The translations under genes were made by a program, and so were the position numbers. Below, one piece after another: positions 10,894 to 20,562 of a stretch of DNA of 64,000 nucleotides (positions within the stretch are counted from its first letter, which is position 1; each line of letters opens with the position of its first letter). Below the pieces are notes generated by a model. That model ran no database searches. It was not told where the DNA came from and worked only from the letters and a program-made list of their open reading frames with translations. The DNA is taken from NCBI GenBank assembly GCA_964436545.1, contig CAYTCJ010000004.1, forward strand, positions 59,368 to 123,367. The letters are read 5' to 3'. Source of the stretch: an uncultured Candidatus Saccharibacteria bacterium. Its GTDB lineage: Bacteria; Patescibacteriota; Doudnabacteria; UBA920.

Positions 10894-12237
10894 GTGCAAA
10901 ATTTAAAACCGCAAAATTTACCCTCAGGTTTTTTTTCACCTCACTTGCGATGGTGGCAGTTTTGGAATTGGCTTACTTCGGTGAAGGTGGGCTTCTTTTT
11001 GGCCATTCGGCAAATTAAAAGAACCAGTAAATGGACCACGGGGCTCATTGTGTTTATTATGATGCTCGCGTTTTTGAATTTGGTGGTGGTTTCCGGTTTA
11101 TTAGTAGGCTTAATTACCGGATCATTTAAACAGTTTAGAGAAAATTATTCCGGAGAAGTGATTATTACGGCTGCTGCGGGGCGTGACTATATAGAAAATT
11201 CTCCCGGATTACTCGCGTATTTGGCAAATCATCCCAAAGTCACCTCCTTTTCTCCCAGGTATGGTTTAAGCGCTCAAATTTTAGGCACTTTGAGCGAAAA
11301 CCCCAAACCCAAAGAAAGGGCCAACAAAATTGGCGCCAGGTTAGTGGGGCTGGATCCGGCCAAGGAAGAAGTTTTAACCGGTTTTTCCAGGTTTCTTATT
11401 AAAGGCGAAAATTTACGGGTAGGTGAATCGGGCTATATTTTACTCGGCTCCAATTTACTGAAAGAATACTCTTCGTTTGCCGATGCGAATATCCCAGGAC
11501 TGGATTTGCTGAAAGGTTTAGACGTGGGCTCAAAAGTTAGAGCCAGCATTACCAGCGCCAGCGGAGAAACTATTTCTCGCGATTTTATTGTCAAAGGGAT
11601 TTTAAAAAGTAAAGTCGATGAAATTTCCGCTCGGTTTTTTGTGTTAGACACCGATTTAAAAACTTTAATGCAAAACAATAAAGAACAAGTGCAGGAAATT
11701 GCCATTCGCACAGACTATACTTTTGCCCCGGACTTAGTGGCTGAGCTGAAAGCCTATATGGGCAATTTTTCGGCTCGGATTCAAACTACCGATGAAGCCA
11801 TTCCTTCTTTTTTACGTAACATCGAAACCACTTTTAAAGTTTTAGGCAACGCACTGTCTTCCATTGCTTTAATTGTGGCTTCGATAACCGTATTTATTGT
11901 AATTTTTATTAATGCGGTTACTAAACGAAAGTTTATTGGGATTATGAAGGGGATTGGTATTACTCCGACTGCCATTCAGTTTTCCTATATCTTTCAAGCA
12001 CTGTTTTATGGGATTATTGGTTCGGGGATTGGGCTGTTTTTAACTTTTGGCATTTTAAAACCGTTTTTTGATAATAATCCGATCGATTTTCCTTTTTCCG
12101 ATGGTATTTTGGTTGTCACGCCCATGGGGGCCTTAATTAGAGTTTTGATTTTATTGACCATTACTCTTTTGGCCGGTTATTTACCCGCTAAATTAATTAT
12201 CCGAAAAAATACCTTGGACGCGATTTTGGGCAGATAA
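10894..12237 (+). CDS. ABC-transporter permease (FtsX/MacB-type)
   Basis: N-terminal TM helix, large extracytoplasmic domain and a C-terminal 3-TM FtsX-like bundle. Confidence 0.75.
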   Translation: MQNLKPQNLPSGFFSPHLRWWQFWNWLTSVKVGFFLAIRQIKRTSKWTTGLIVFIMMLAFLNLVVVSGLLVGLITGSFKQFRENYSGEVIITAAAGRDYIENSPGLLAYLANHPKVTSFSPRYGLSAQILGTLSENPKPKERANKIGARLVGLDPAKEEVLTGFSRFLIKGENLRVGESGYILLGSNLLKEYSSFADANIPGLDLLKGLDVGSKVRASITSASGETISRDFIVKGILKSKVDEISARFFVLDTDLKTLMQNNKEQVQEIAIRTDYTFAPDLVAELKAYMGNFSARIQTTDEAIPSFLRNIETTFKVLGNALSSIALIVASITVFIVIFINAVTKRKFIGIMKGIGITPTAIQFSYIFQALFYGIIGSGIGLFLTFGILKPFFDNNPIDFPFSDGILVVTPMGALIRVLILLTITLLAGYLPAKLIIRKNTLDAILGR

Positions 12238-12335
12238 TTTTAATAAGCAAAAATAAAAAAAATAAAAATTGGTTGGGATTTTAAAAAGTAATTTATGTCA
12301 ATTTTGTCATTTATTTAATTTTTTTCAATATTTTT

Positions 12336-13028
12336 ATGATTAGAGCTGAAAAACTAACGAAAATTTTTGGAGAAGGGGAATTGTCTTTTACTGCGCTGAG
12401 TGAAGTGGATTTAACGATTGCGGAAAAAGAATTTGTGGCCATTATTGGACCTTCGGGAGCGGGTAAGTCCACTTTACTTTACCAGTTATCTTTATTAGAC
12501 GATCCGACTTCCGGAGAAATCTATTTGGATACTCTTGCCACTTCTAATTTAAGCCAAAGCGAAAAAACTTTAAAGCGTTTAAATGAACTGGGGTATATTT
12601 TTCAAGATTATGCCCTCCTCCCTGAACTGACGGCTTTAGAAAATGTGGCTTTACCTTTGTTAATGCAAGGCTTAACTCGCCCGGAAGCTAATTGGAAAGC
12701 TTTGGAAGGTTTGGCGCGGGTGGGTCTGAAAGAGAAGGCCAAAAATTTACCGAGTCAGCTTTCCGGCGGTCAACAACAACGGGTCTCCATTGCCCGCGCA
12801 ATTGCCCATAATCCCAAAATTATTTTTGCCGATGAACCCACGGCCAATTTAGACACCAAAACTTCCACGGAGGTGTTAAAAGTTTTTATGGATTTACATC
12901 AACAAGGTCAAACCATTATTATGGTGACTCACGAACAAGAATTTGCCGATGTCGCGGAAAGAATTATTGAAATGAAAGACGGAAAAATTTTGTCCGATAA
13001 GTCTAAATCTCGCTTGGTCAAAAGTTAA
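12336..13028 (+). CDS. ABC-transporter ATP-binding protein (MacB/LolD-like)
   Basis: Walker A GPSGAGKST, ABC signature LSGGQQQR and Walker B IIFADEPT. Confidence 0.93.
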   Translation: MIRAEKLTKIFGEGELSFTALSEVDLTIAEKEFVAIIGPSGAGKSTLLYQLSLLDDPTSGEIYLDTLATSNLSQSEKTLKRLNELGYIFQDYALLPELTALENVALPLLMQGLTRPEANWKALEGLARVGLKEKAKNLPSQLSGGQQQRVSIARAIAHNPKIIFADEPTANLDTKTSTEVLKVFMDLHQQGQTIIMVTHEQEFADVAERIIEMKDGKILSDKSKSRLVKS

Positions 13029-13043
13029 CCACAACAAAGTTTT

Positions 13044-14282
13044 ATGCGAACCAAAACCCGCATTGTCATTTTAGGAGCCGGTTTTAGTGGCTTAAGTTTA
13101 GCTTTAAAATTGGCTAAATTGGTGAAGGCCGGTTTAGCTTGGGAAATTATCTTAATCGATAAGCGACCCTATCATTTATTTGTGCCCAATTTGTATTCGG
13201 TAGCCACGGGAGCGGAAGAATTGGCCAGCCAGCAGGAACTAAAAAAAAGTGTAGCTTTGAATTTTGAGGAAATTTTAAAGACTCAGCCCATTACTTTTGA
13301 ATTAGGTGAAGTTACGGGCGTAGATGAAACTCAAAAAGTGGTGAAGTTGTCCAACAAACAAATTCAGTATGATTGGTTGGTTTTGGCTTTAGGCTCCAAG
13401 GCCAGTTATTTAAATGTGCCGGGAGCGGAAAATTATGCTTTGCCTTTAAAGACTTTGCCCGATGCTTTACGGATAAAAAATGCAGTGGAGTTTGCCATTC
13501 AAGCCAGGCAATACGAGAAGCAAAAAAATAAAATTGTCATTATGGTGGCTGGGGGAGGTTATGCCGGTACGGAAATTGCTTGTGAACTGGCATCGTTATT
13601 GGATTTTTTGGCTTGGAAATACCAAGTTGTCAGAAGCCAGGTGGAAGTGGTAATAATTGAATCGGGTAAAGCGTTAGTTACCGCCATGGGGAGCCGAAGT
13701 AGTCGGGCAGTGTCGCGACGGTTGTCTGAGCTGGGTGTGGGGGTTAAACTGAATAGTCGGATTCACACTGTTCGAGAAAAAAGTGTGGAATTGGAAAACG
13801 GTGAAATTTTAAATTTTGATGTATTAATTTGGACAGTCGGCATTGCCGGAGTGGCTTTACCTGCGGGGCTTGAAGTGCCACTCGATAAACAACAGCGCAT
13901 TTTAACCGATAGCTATTTAAGAGTGCAGGGTAAGCACGAAATATTTGTCATTGGCGATTTGGCTAAAATTATTTACTCTGCCGGCGAAGTCCCGGCAAGC
14001 GCTCAAGATGCGATTCATCAAGCCCAATATTTGAGTCGGGCGCTCATCAGTTTTTCTAAAAATCAATTACCCGCGGTTTATAAACCAAAAAACCATGGGT
14101 TTATTTTAGCCATGGGTAAAGGACAAGCGATTTTAAATATTTGGCCGATCTTTTGGCAAGGGCGGTTAGCTTACCTAGCCCACGAAGTGGCTCAAATGGG
14201 CTACTATGCTTCCATAATTGGTTGGTGGAAAGCTGGGAGATATTGTTGGTTTTCTCAGAATATTTGGAAAAGGAAAAATTAA
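13044..14282 (+). CDS. FAD/NAD(P)-dependent oxidoreductase, type-II NADH dehydrogenase-like
   Basis: Two Rossmann GxGxxG motifs (VILGAGFSG; VAGGGYAGTE) and the VIGDLA motif. Confidence 0.65.
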   Translation: MRTKTRIVILGAGFSGLSLALKLAKLVKAGLAWEIILIDKRPYHLFVPNLYSVATGAEELASQQELKKSVALNFEEILKTQPITFELGEVTGVDETQKVVKLSNKQIQYDWLVLALGSKASYLNVPGAENYALPLKTLPDALRIKNAVEFAIQARQYEKQKNKIVIMVAGGGYAGTEIACELASLLDFLAWKYQVVRSQVEVVIIESGKALVTAMGSRSSRAVSRRLSELGVGVKLNSRIHTVREKSVELENGEILNFDVLIWTVGIAGVALPAGLEVPLDKQQRILTDSYLRVQGKHEIFVIGDLAKIIYSAGEVPASAQDAIHQAQYLSRALISFSKNQLPAVYKPKNHGFILAMGKGQAILNIWPIFWQGRLAYLAHEVAQMGYYASIIGWWKAGRYCWFSQNIWKRKN

Positions 14283-14293
14283 AACCGAGTAAG

Positions 14294-16657
14294 TTACTCG
14301 GTTTTCTTTTTGTAAACTTTTTTAGGTTTGGGCGGATTGGCTAACCAGTGTTTGTAGGCTTCATCGAGCTGTGTTTGGCTTTCTGGTTTTACATTCATTA
14401 CAAAAGTGCAGTCGGGAAAACGCGTGCAAGCAAAGAAGGGTTTGCCCCGACCTCGGGATTTTTTTTCTACCACATCACCCGGTTTGTCTTTGCGAGCATC
14501 GGTCGCTAAACAATTGGGACACTTGTAGCCGGTTTTGTTCCAAATTTTGCTAATGCCTTTACATTTAGGATAGTCCACACAACCTAAGAAAAACCCAAAC
14601 CTGCCCCGCCTTACACCCATTTGTTTTCCGCAAATTGGGCACATTTCGCCTTTGGTCTTTTCTTCCAATTCCTTAATTTTTACTGCTTCTTCGGGCATAG
14701 GCTGGGTAATTTTACTTTCCGGATCCGGACAGGCGAGAAATTTGCCATTCCTCCCGTACTTAATAAGCATCATTTTTCCGCAGTGGGTACAAGGAGTTGT
14801 GGAGACCTCGATTTGTTTTTCTACGGTTTTTTCTTTCTCAATTAAGTGTTGTTTAAAGGGCCCATAAAATTCGTTCATCACTTCCACCCATTTGATTTTG
14901 CCTTCGGCGATCAAATCCAATTCCGCTTCAATGTGGGAGGTAAAATTTATATCTACAATTTCCGGAAAATTTTCCACTAACATATCGTTTACCAAAAAAC
15001 CCTCTTCAGTGGGGGAGTAGCGTTTATCGAGCTTATTGACATAGCCACGGTCTTGAATGGTGGAAAGGGTGGGGGCGTAGGTAGAAGGCCTGCCCACTCC
15101 ATGGGCTTCTAAGGCTTTAATTAAAGTGGCGTCGCTATAGCGAGCCGGAGGTTCTGTAAAATGCTGAAGGGGTAACAGTTCGTGGAGTTTTAATTTTTCA
15201 TCGACCGATAGTTCAGGCAACACCCCTTCGATTTCGTCTTCCGCTTTTTCGTCCGTATCTTCGGTATAGGCGCGAATGAAGCCGTCAAATTTAATAACTT
15301 GCCCATGAGCGCGAAAGAGAAACGCCCCCGGCTTCGCCACCCCCTCTTTGGCCAAAGAGGGGGGAGGGGGAGTTGCCTTTATATCCACGGCGGTTTGTTC
15401 CAAGGTGGCGGGTGTCATTTGGCAAGCAATAGTGCGTTTCCAAATGAGACTGTAAATTTTTTTCTGTCCCGCGTCTAAGTACTGGGCTAGGTCTTCGGGT
15501 TTTCTTAAAACGTCCGTGGGCCTTATGGCTTCGTGCGCTTCTTGGGCGCCTTTGGATTTGTTCGTAAAGTGCCGAGGTTCAGCTAAGGCATATGCTTTCC
15601 CAAAATGACTCTCAATAACTTGTTTTATGGTATCCAGTGCGGATTTAGCTAAGTTCAAACTATCCGTTCTCATGTAAGTAATCAGTCCGGTATGGCCTTC
15701 TTGGCCTAAATTTATGCCTTCGTATAATTGTTGGGCAATGACCATGGTTTGCTTTGCCGACATGCCAAATTTGCGCGCAGCTTCTTGCTGGAGGGTGGAA
15801 GTGGTAAATGGGGCTGATGGGTTGCGTTTCACTTCTTTTTGGGAAATCTCCACCACCTTGTACGTGGCTCCATCTAGGTCTTGAACAATTTTTTTTGCGT
15901 CAATCTCTTTGTTAATATCCATCTTGCCCACAGCTTTTTCGTCGATTTTGTGAAGCTTCGCAGTAAAAACTTTTTTATCATCGGCAGGGGATAATTGAGC
16001 TTCTATGCTCCAGTATTCCTCTTTAACAAATTTTTGAATTTCTCTTTCTCTTTCCACCACCAGTCTTACCGCCACCGATTGCACCCGACCTGCGCTTAAA
16101 CCATAGCGAATTTTTCGCCACAAAAACGGTGACAGTTCATAGCCCACTAACCGGTCGAGCACCCTTCGGGCTTGCTGGGCATCTACTAAATTTAAATCTA
16201 AATCTCGGGGATTTTTTAGCGCTTCGTCAATGGCAGTTTTGGTAATTTCGTGAAAAACAATGCGCTTTATGCGTTTGTCTTCCTTGCCTTTGGCAATTTC
16301 CGCTTCGTCGCCCAAACCTAAAGCTTGCACCAAATGCCAAGAAATGGCCTCGCCTTCGCGGTCTTCATCAGTCGCTAATATAATAGAGGGGGCGGTTTTG
16401 GCGTCCTTTTTTAGTTCCGTAATAATTTCTTTGGCTTTGGGCGGAATAATATAAGTGGGTTCAAAATCCTTTTTAACATCAATAGAAATTTTACTTTTGG
16501 GCAAATCCCGCACATGACCAAAACTGGCCTTGACTGTATATCCATTCCCTAAAAAACGCGAAATGGTTTTCGCTTTGGTGGGGGACTCAACAATAATTAA
16601 AGGTTTGGACATAGGTAAGTGAATAATGCTTAGTGAATAGAGATAAGGATAAAACAT
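14294..16657 (-). CDS. topA: DNA topoisomerase I
   Basis: TOPRIM (LIIVESPTKAK ... LATDEDREGE), catalytic Tyr region (LITYMRTDS) and C-terminal Zn ribbons. The conserved N-terminus starts at the ATG at 16609; the 16657 start adds 16 aa. Contains an in-frame family-B palindrome at about 15338-15378. Confidence 0.92.
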   Translation of the reverse strand: MFYPYLYSLSIIHLPMSKPLIIVESPTKAKTISRFLGNGYTVKASFGHVRDLPKSKISIDVKKDFEPTYIIPPKAKEIITELKKDAKTAPSIILATDEDREGEAISWHLVQALGLGDEAEIAKGKEDKRIKRIVFHEITKTAIDEALKNPRDLDLNLVDAQQARRVLDRLVGYELSPFLWRKIRYGLSAGRVQSVAVRLVVEREREIQKFVKEEYWSIEAQLSPADDKKVFTAKLHKIDEKAVGKMDINKEIDAKKIVQDLDGATYKVVEISQKEVKRNPSAPFTTSTLQQEAARKFGMSAKQTMVIAQQLYEGINLGQEGHTGLITYMRTDSLNLAKSALDTIKQVIESHFGKAYALAEPRHFTNKSKGAQEAHEAIRPTDVLRKPEDLAQYLDAGQKKIYSLIWKRTIACQMTPATLEQTAVDIKATPPPPSLAKEGVAKPGAFLFRAHGQVIKFDGFIRAYTEDTDEKAEDEIEGVLPELSVDEKLKLHELLPLQHFTEPPARYSDATLIKALEAHGVGRPSTYAPTLSTIQDRGYVNKLDKRYSPTEEGFLVNDMLVENFPEIVDINFTSHIEAELDLIAEGKIKWVEVMNEFYGPFKQHLIEKEKTVEKQIEVSTTPCTHCGKMMLIKYGRNGKFLACPDPESKITQPMPEEAVKIKELEEKTKGEMCPICGKQMGVRRGRFGFFLGCVDYPKCKGISKIWNKTGYKCPNCLATDARKDKPGDVVEKKSRGRGKPFFACTRFPDCTFVMNVKPESQTQLDEAYKHWLANPPKPKKVYKKKTE
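15338..15378. repeat. GC-rich palindromic element (family B) in-frame inside topA
   Basis: CCACCCCCTCTTTGGCCAAAGAGGGGGGAGGGGGAG encodes the inserted peptide PPPPSLAKEGV. Confidence 0.6.
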
Positions 16658-16833
16658 TTTGTCTTTGCCTATTCTCTTTTCACTGCTCTCTTGTCGCTAA
16701 TTACAAAAGTGAGTTTAACCATAAAAAAAATAATTGTCAAACAGTAGGGAAAGAAGTATGAATTAGGAATTATGAATTATGAATAGGAAAAAAATAATAT
16801 TGAGGCATTTTACTTTATCATTCGTGTTTTTTC

Positions 16834-16925
16834 TTGTCATTCCCGCGTAGGCGGGAATCCAGTGCTTGTTTGGAAATAGATCCCGGATATTGTTCGGATG
16901 CACTCACAATTCCGGGATGACAACA
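16834..16925. repeat. Family-A palindromic element (two hairpins)
   Basis: GTCATTCCCGCGTAGGCGGGAATCCAG plus ATCCCGGATATTGTTCGGATGCACTCACAATTCCGGGATGACAAC. Termini TGTCATTCCCG / CCGGGATGACA. Confidence 0.5.
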
Positions 16926-16977
16926 GGTTGTGCTTGATTTTTAAAGAGAGAGAGTAGTGTATGGGGGAAAGGAGGTG

Positions 16978-17082
16978 CTGTGAGAAAAGCCTTGAGCCTT
17001 CTCGGTGTTGTCGCTTTTGTTTTGGGCCTTATGGCCCTAGCGTACTACATCGAGATGCCAGCGGGACACCTGCACACTGGGT
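16978..17082 (+). CDS. Candidate small hydrophobic peptide (34 aa), GC-rich
   Basis: Strong SD AAAGGAGGTG 7 nt before a GTG start. Sequence VRKALSLLGVVAFVLGLMALAYYIEMPAGHLHTG, followed by a CCGACG...CGTCGG hairpin and T-run. Lies directly downstream of a family-A palindrome. Not in the ORF track because it is under 60 aa. Confidence 0.3.
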
Positions 17083-17130
17083 GATCCCGTAGACCGACGT
17101 CAGGGGGCCTTAACCCCTTTGGCGTCGGTT

Positions 17131-18426
17131 TTATTTTAAAATTTTTGTATTTATATTAATTTTCTCTAAAATCTTTTGGGTTTCGGTTTCATTGGCTAAA
17201 CGGGGCGTGGAAAAGTTTTCTATTATGACTGGCAAAAGTTCAATGGAGTCGAGTGTGACAGGGGTTTTAGTGCCTTGCAGTTCATTTTGATTTTTGATTT
17301 TTGATATTTGAATTTTCAGTGTCAGTCCCTCTGTGGTTTCTTGGCTCCAGTCTTGGTCAAAAATAAAGTTGCCCAGAGAATAGAAAATGTATTTACAGTC
17401 TTTGCCCCCCTCCCTACCCCTCCCCACGAGGGGGAGGGAACTGGAAGCATTAGCCTCCATCTTGGGGAGTAAATTTTTATTTTCCTCTCCCTTGATGGGA
17501 GGGGTTAGGGGAGGGTGATTGTTGCTATTGGGACAATATTTTTCAATTGTCTGTATCCAATGCGGGTGAGCGCCAATTACCATATCCGCTCCCAAATCAA
17601 TGGCCTTATGGGCAAAATCTATTTGCGCCTTGTTAGGTGTGTATGTATATTCGGTTCCGGCATGCATTGTAGCCACCGTATAATCACACAGGGTTTTTGA
17701 TGTAGTAATGGATAATTTTAAATTTTCCATATCTTCTATTCTCGCTACGTAATCATTATTGCTTTTCCCATTGTCATTGATCGAAGCGTAAGACGCGCCC
17801 ACAAAACAGATTTTTATGCCGTTAGTTTCCACCACTGCCGGTTGCCAAGCTTGACTGAGGTCCAAGCCGGCTCCCACTGTTAAAACATTATTTTGCGTGA
17901 GAAGTTGTTTGGTGAACAGCAGTCCGTCTCGGCCTTTATCTAACGCATGGTTATTGGCTAAGTTGAGAACTTTAAATTTATTTTCCATTAAACCGCTTAA
18001 ACTGGAAGTGGGGGAGGCGAAAATTAGAGCACTGCCCCCAATAATGGGTTTTTCTGAAAAAGGGGTTTCTAAATTCCCAAAATTAAAATCTGTGGAGTTT
18101 AAGAGTGGGGAGAGTCTGGAAAAAGGCAAAAGCGGATTGTTGGCTTGTTTAATTTTTAAAGCAACTTTGCGTGAGAGCATAATGTCGCCCACAGCCAGAA
18201 AGGTCGTTTGAGTTTTTTCTACGGGTTTGTCTTTAGCAAGCGTTTGGGCTTTATTATAAAAAGCCCAAAGTTCGTTTTCGGCTGTTTTGGATAGTGCTAC
18301 GGTTTTAACATTGGGATGATTGATGCTGTAAGTTTTTTCTTTACGTTGCATTAAGCCTAAAGCTATGGCCAAAGCAAACAGGAGAGGAAGAATAAATTTT
18401 AAATATTTAGAGGGTATAAATTTCAT
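17131..18426 (-). CDS. CapA-family metallophosphoesterase (poly-gamma-glutamate synthesis-type)
   Basis: LAVGDIMLSR, ADMVIGAHPHW and YSLGNFIFD motifs. Carries two in-frame family-B palindromes (17405-17440 and 17484-17515) giving an about 45-aa insertion. Confidence 0.72.
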   Translation of the reverse strand: MKFIPSKYLKFILPLLFALAIALGLMQRKEKTYSINHPNVKTVALSKTAENELWAFYNKAQTLAKDKPVEKTQTTFLAVGDIMLSRKVALKIKQANNPLLPFSRLSPLLNSTDFNFGNLETPFSEKPIIGGSALIFASPTSSLSGLMENKFKVLNLANNHALDKGRDGLLFTKQLLTQNNVLTVGAGLDLSQAWQPAVVETNGIKICFVGASYASINDNGKSNNDYVARIEDMENLKLSITTSKTLCDYTVATMHAGTEYTYTPNKAQIDFAHKAIDLGADMVIGAHPHWIQTIEKYCPNSNNHPPLTPPIKGEENKNLLPKMEANASSSLPLVGRGREGGKDCKYIFYSLGNFIFDQDWSQETTEGLTLKIQISKIKNQNELQGTKTPVTLDSIELLPVIIENFSTPRLANETETQKILEKININTKILK

Positions 18427-18480
18427 TTTGTAATTTAAATTGAAAATTATTTAAAAATTATAAAATTCAAAAATTAGAAA

Positions 18481-19587
18481 TTATCTGCTCAGCACATACT
18501 GTTGCCCGCCCAGATTCCGAATCTGGCCTTTCATTTCTAAAAAAGTCAAGGTAGAAGCTACTTCGCCGGGGCTCAGTTTGGATAATTTGATTATATCATT
18601 AATAAAGGTCGGGGTTTTGCTTAAGCAAGTTAAAATGGTTTGTTCGGTTGGGTTTGGGGAGAAGAGAGCTTGAGTTTGGAGTTCATCGGGTAAGGATTTT
18701 AAGTTAAGATCTTCTAAAATATCTTCGGCTGTAGTGACCAGTTTGGCGCCCATTTTAATTAAATTGTTAGGGCCTTGACTTTGCGAGGAGTAGATGGGTC
18801 CGGGTACGGCATAAATTTGCCGATTTTGTTCCAAGGCGTGGTTTGCGGTAATTAAGGAGCCGGAATTTAAATCGCATTCAATCACTAAAGTGCCGACTGA
18901 CAAACCGGCAATTATGCGGTTTCTGGCAATAAAGTGTTGTTTAAAATTGGGGGTGAGGGGCGGATACTCGGAAATTAAACAGCCACCCTTGTCCAAAATT
19001 TCTTGGGCTAATAACTGGTGCTGTTTGGGATAAATGGATTCGGTGTCTAAGCCACCGCCTAAGACCGCAATGGTTTTTTGATTTTGTTTTAAAGCCAGTT
19101 TGTGGGCTTCACCATCTACGCCAAAAGCCATACCCGAAACAATAATGGCTCCGGAGGCGATTATGGGGTCCAGTAAATCGGGCATTACGGTTAAGCCATA
19201 GGTGGTAATTTTCCGACTGCCCACTACGGAAAAACACACTGCGTCGCTGGGAGGTAGGTGTCCTTTAATGTAAAGTAAAGGTGGAAATTTAGAAATTTCT
19301 AATAATAATTTGGGGTAGGCGGGACTTAAAAAACTCAGAAGTTGAATGTGGTGATGTTCTAAAGTAGTCTGCTGTTGAGCTAGATTTAAATGAGTTTTCT
19401 TCTCTAACCAGAGTTGAATGATGTCCGCTTCCAAGCCTGCCAATTTTAAATCAGAGGCAGGTGCAGAAAAGGCTAGTTTAAAATCATTATGAAAATATTG
19501 GGCTAACCGCATGATTCGGGCGGGGCCAATTTGAGGTAATAAATTAAAAGCGTGTATATATAGAGCGTTAGAGTCTAACATTGACAA
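18481..19587 (-). CDS. dprA: DNA-processing protein DprA (Smf)
   Basis: DprA Rossmann core (VVGSRK ... SGMAFGVDGEAH ... VLGGGLD ... ARNRIIAG ... VPGPI). TTG at 19587 or ATG at 19581 as start. Confidence 0.8.
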   Translation of the reverse strand: MSMLDSNALYIHAFNLLPQIGPARIMRLAQYFHNDFKLAFSAPASDLKLAGLEADIIQLWLEKKTHLNLAQQQTTLEHHHIQLLSFLSPAYPKLLLEISKFPPLLYIKGHLPPSDAVCFSVVGSRKITTYGLTVMPDLLDPIIASGAIIVSGMAFGVDGEAHKLALKQNQKTIAVLGGGLDTESIYPKQHQLLAQEILDKGGCLISEYPPLTPNFKQHFIARNRIIAGLSVGTLVIECDLNSGSLITANHALEQNRQIYAVPGPIYSSQSQGPNNLIKMGAKLVTTAEDILEDLNLKSLPDELQTQALFSPNPTEQTILTCLSKTPTFINDIIKLSKLSPGEVASTLTFLEMKGQIRNLGGQQYVLSR

Positions 19588-19610
19588 ATAGTTTAAAATA
19601 AGCTATAATA
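19582..19610 (+). promoter_or_regulatory. Consensus sigma-70 promoter (TTGACA-17-TATAAT) pointing away from dprA
   Basis: TTGACAaatagtttaaaataagcTATAAT. About 200 nt downstream is a bidirectional terminator hairpin (19806-19838) with no ORF in between. Confidence 0.4.
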
Positions 19611-19805
19611 ATATCCCAATAATTCCCTATAAATTATTAGGCAAATTCTTAAATTTAGTGTATTCTATTGGCAACTTTGTATTTATTACCCTGTCTGTAG
19701 GTCGCGAAATCTGAAAGACATCCCTCCTAACTTTTAGATATTAGCATTAAGAAAGGGTTTGCAAACATCTGTTTACAACTCTTCACCTGCAGGTGGGGTA
19801 ATGAA

Positions 19806-19838
19806 TGCAAAAATCCGCCCCGATAAATCGGGACGGAT
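19806..19838. terminator. Bidirectional intrinsic terminator (for pth and the candidate sRNA)
   Basis: AAAAATCCGCCCCGATAAATCGGGACGGATTTTAATTTT. A-run 5' and T-run 3'. Confidence 0.55.
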
Positions 19839-19839
19839 T

Positions 19840-20451
19840 TTAATTTTGTAATTTTGTAATTTTGTAATTTTTAAAATCAAAAAATTGATTTATTTCAGTT
19901 TTTATTTGAGGAAAAATATCCGCTTGTAGTTTTTGCATTTCATCAGCTGTGAAATTTTGGAGCACAAAAGCTTCGGTGGGTAAATCAGTTTTGGCTTGTC
20001 TGGTTTCCACGCCAACTCGGATGCGGTGGAAATTTTGGGTACCTAAGTGGTCTATAATGTCAGCTACGCCATTATGCCCGGCGGAAGAAGCCGAGGCAGT
20101 GGTTTTCAGTTTGCCCAAAGGCAGGTCAATATCATCGTGAATGACCAATAAATCTGTTTGTGTATTAAGTTTATAAAAATCCGTAAGGGTTTTAACGGCT
20201 TGGCCGGAAAGATTCATAAAAGTTTGGGGTTTGGCAAAAAGGAAATAACTCCCCCCGTCCCCCTCTTTGGAAAAGAGGGGGAGTGAGGCGGAGTGAGGAA
20301 CCTCTAAAATTTCCGAAGCGAATTTTTTTTGCCACTTCCCATTTGTAAATCCTAAATCTGCCATTAACCAATCTAAAACCATCCAGCCTACATTGTGGCG
20401 GGTACTTTTATATTTTTCTCCCGGATTGCCCAGTCCAACAATTATTTTCAT
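19840..20451 (-). CDS. pth: Peptidyl-tRNA hydrolase
   Basis: MKIIVGLGNPG ... TRHNVGW ... FMNLSG ... GHNG motifs. Carries an in-frame family-B palindrome (20251-20298) encoding LPLFSKEGDGGSY. Confidence 0.9.
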   Translation of the reverse strand: MKIIVGLGNPGEKYKSTRHNVGWMVLDWLMADLGFTNGKWQKKFASEILEVPHSASLPLFSKEGDGGSYFLFAKPQTFMNLSGQAVKTLTDFYKLNTQTDLLVIHDDIDLPLGKLKTTASASSAGHNGVADIIDHLGTQNFHRIRVGVETRQAKTDLPTEAFVLQNFTADEMQKLQADIFPQIKTEINQFFDFKNYKITKLQN

Positions 20452-20466
20452 AGAGTTCGTTAAAAC

Positions 20467-20538
20467 ATTCTAACATTTTAACATACTAACATTTTAACAT
20501 TCTAACATGCTAACATCTTAACATTCTAACAATATTCA
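20467..20538. repeat. Tandem 8-bp repeat (NNTAACAT) x about 9 upstream of pth
   Basis: TAAAACAT TCTAACAT TTTAACAT ACTAACAT TTTAACAT TCTAACAT GCTAACAT CTTAACAT TCTAACAA. Confidence 0.8.
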
Positions 20539-20562
20539 TAATTCAACTTCATACCTCTATTC

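Noticed and set aside
14294-14867. Small ORFs 14371..14553, 14621..14845, 14652..14867 and 16260..16454 opposite topA
   Set aside because: Antisense to a highly conserved gene. No RBS or motifs.
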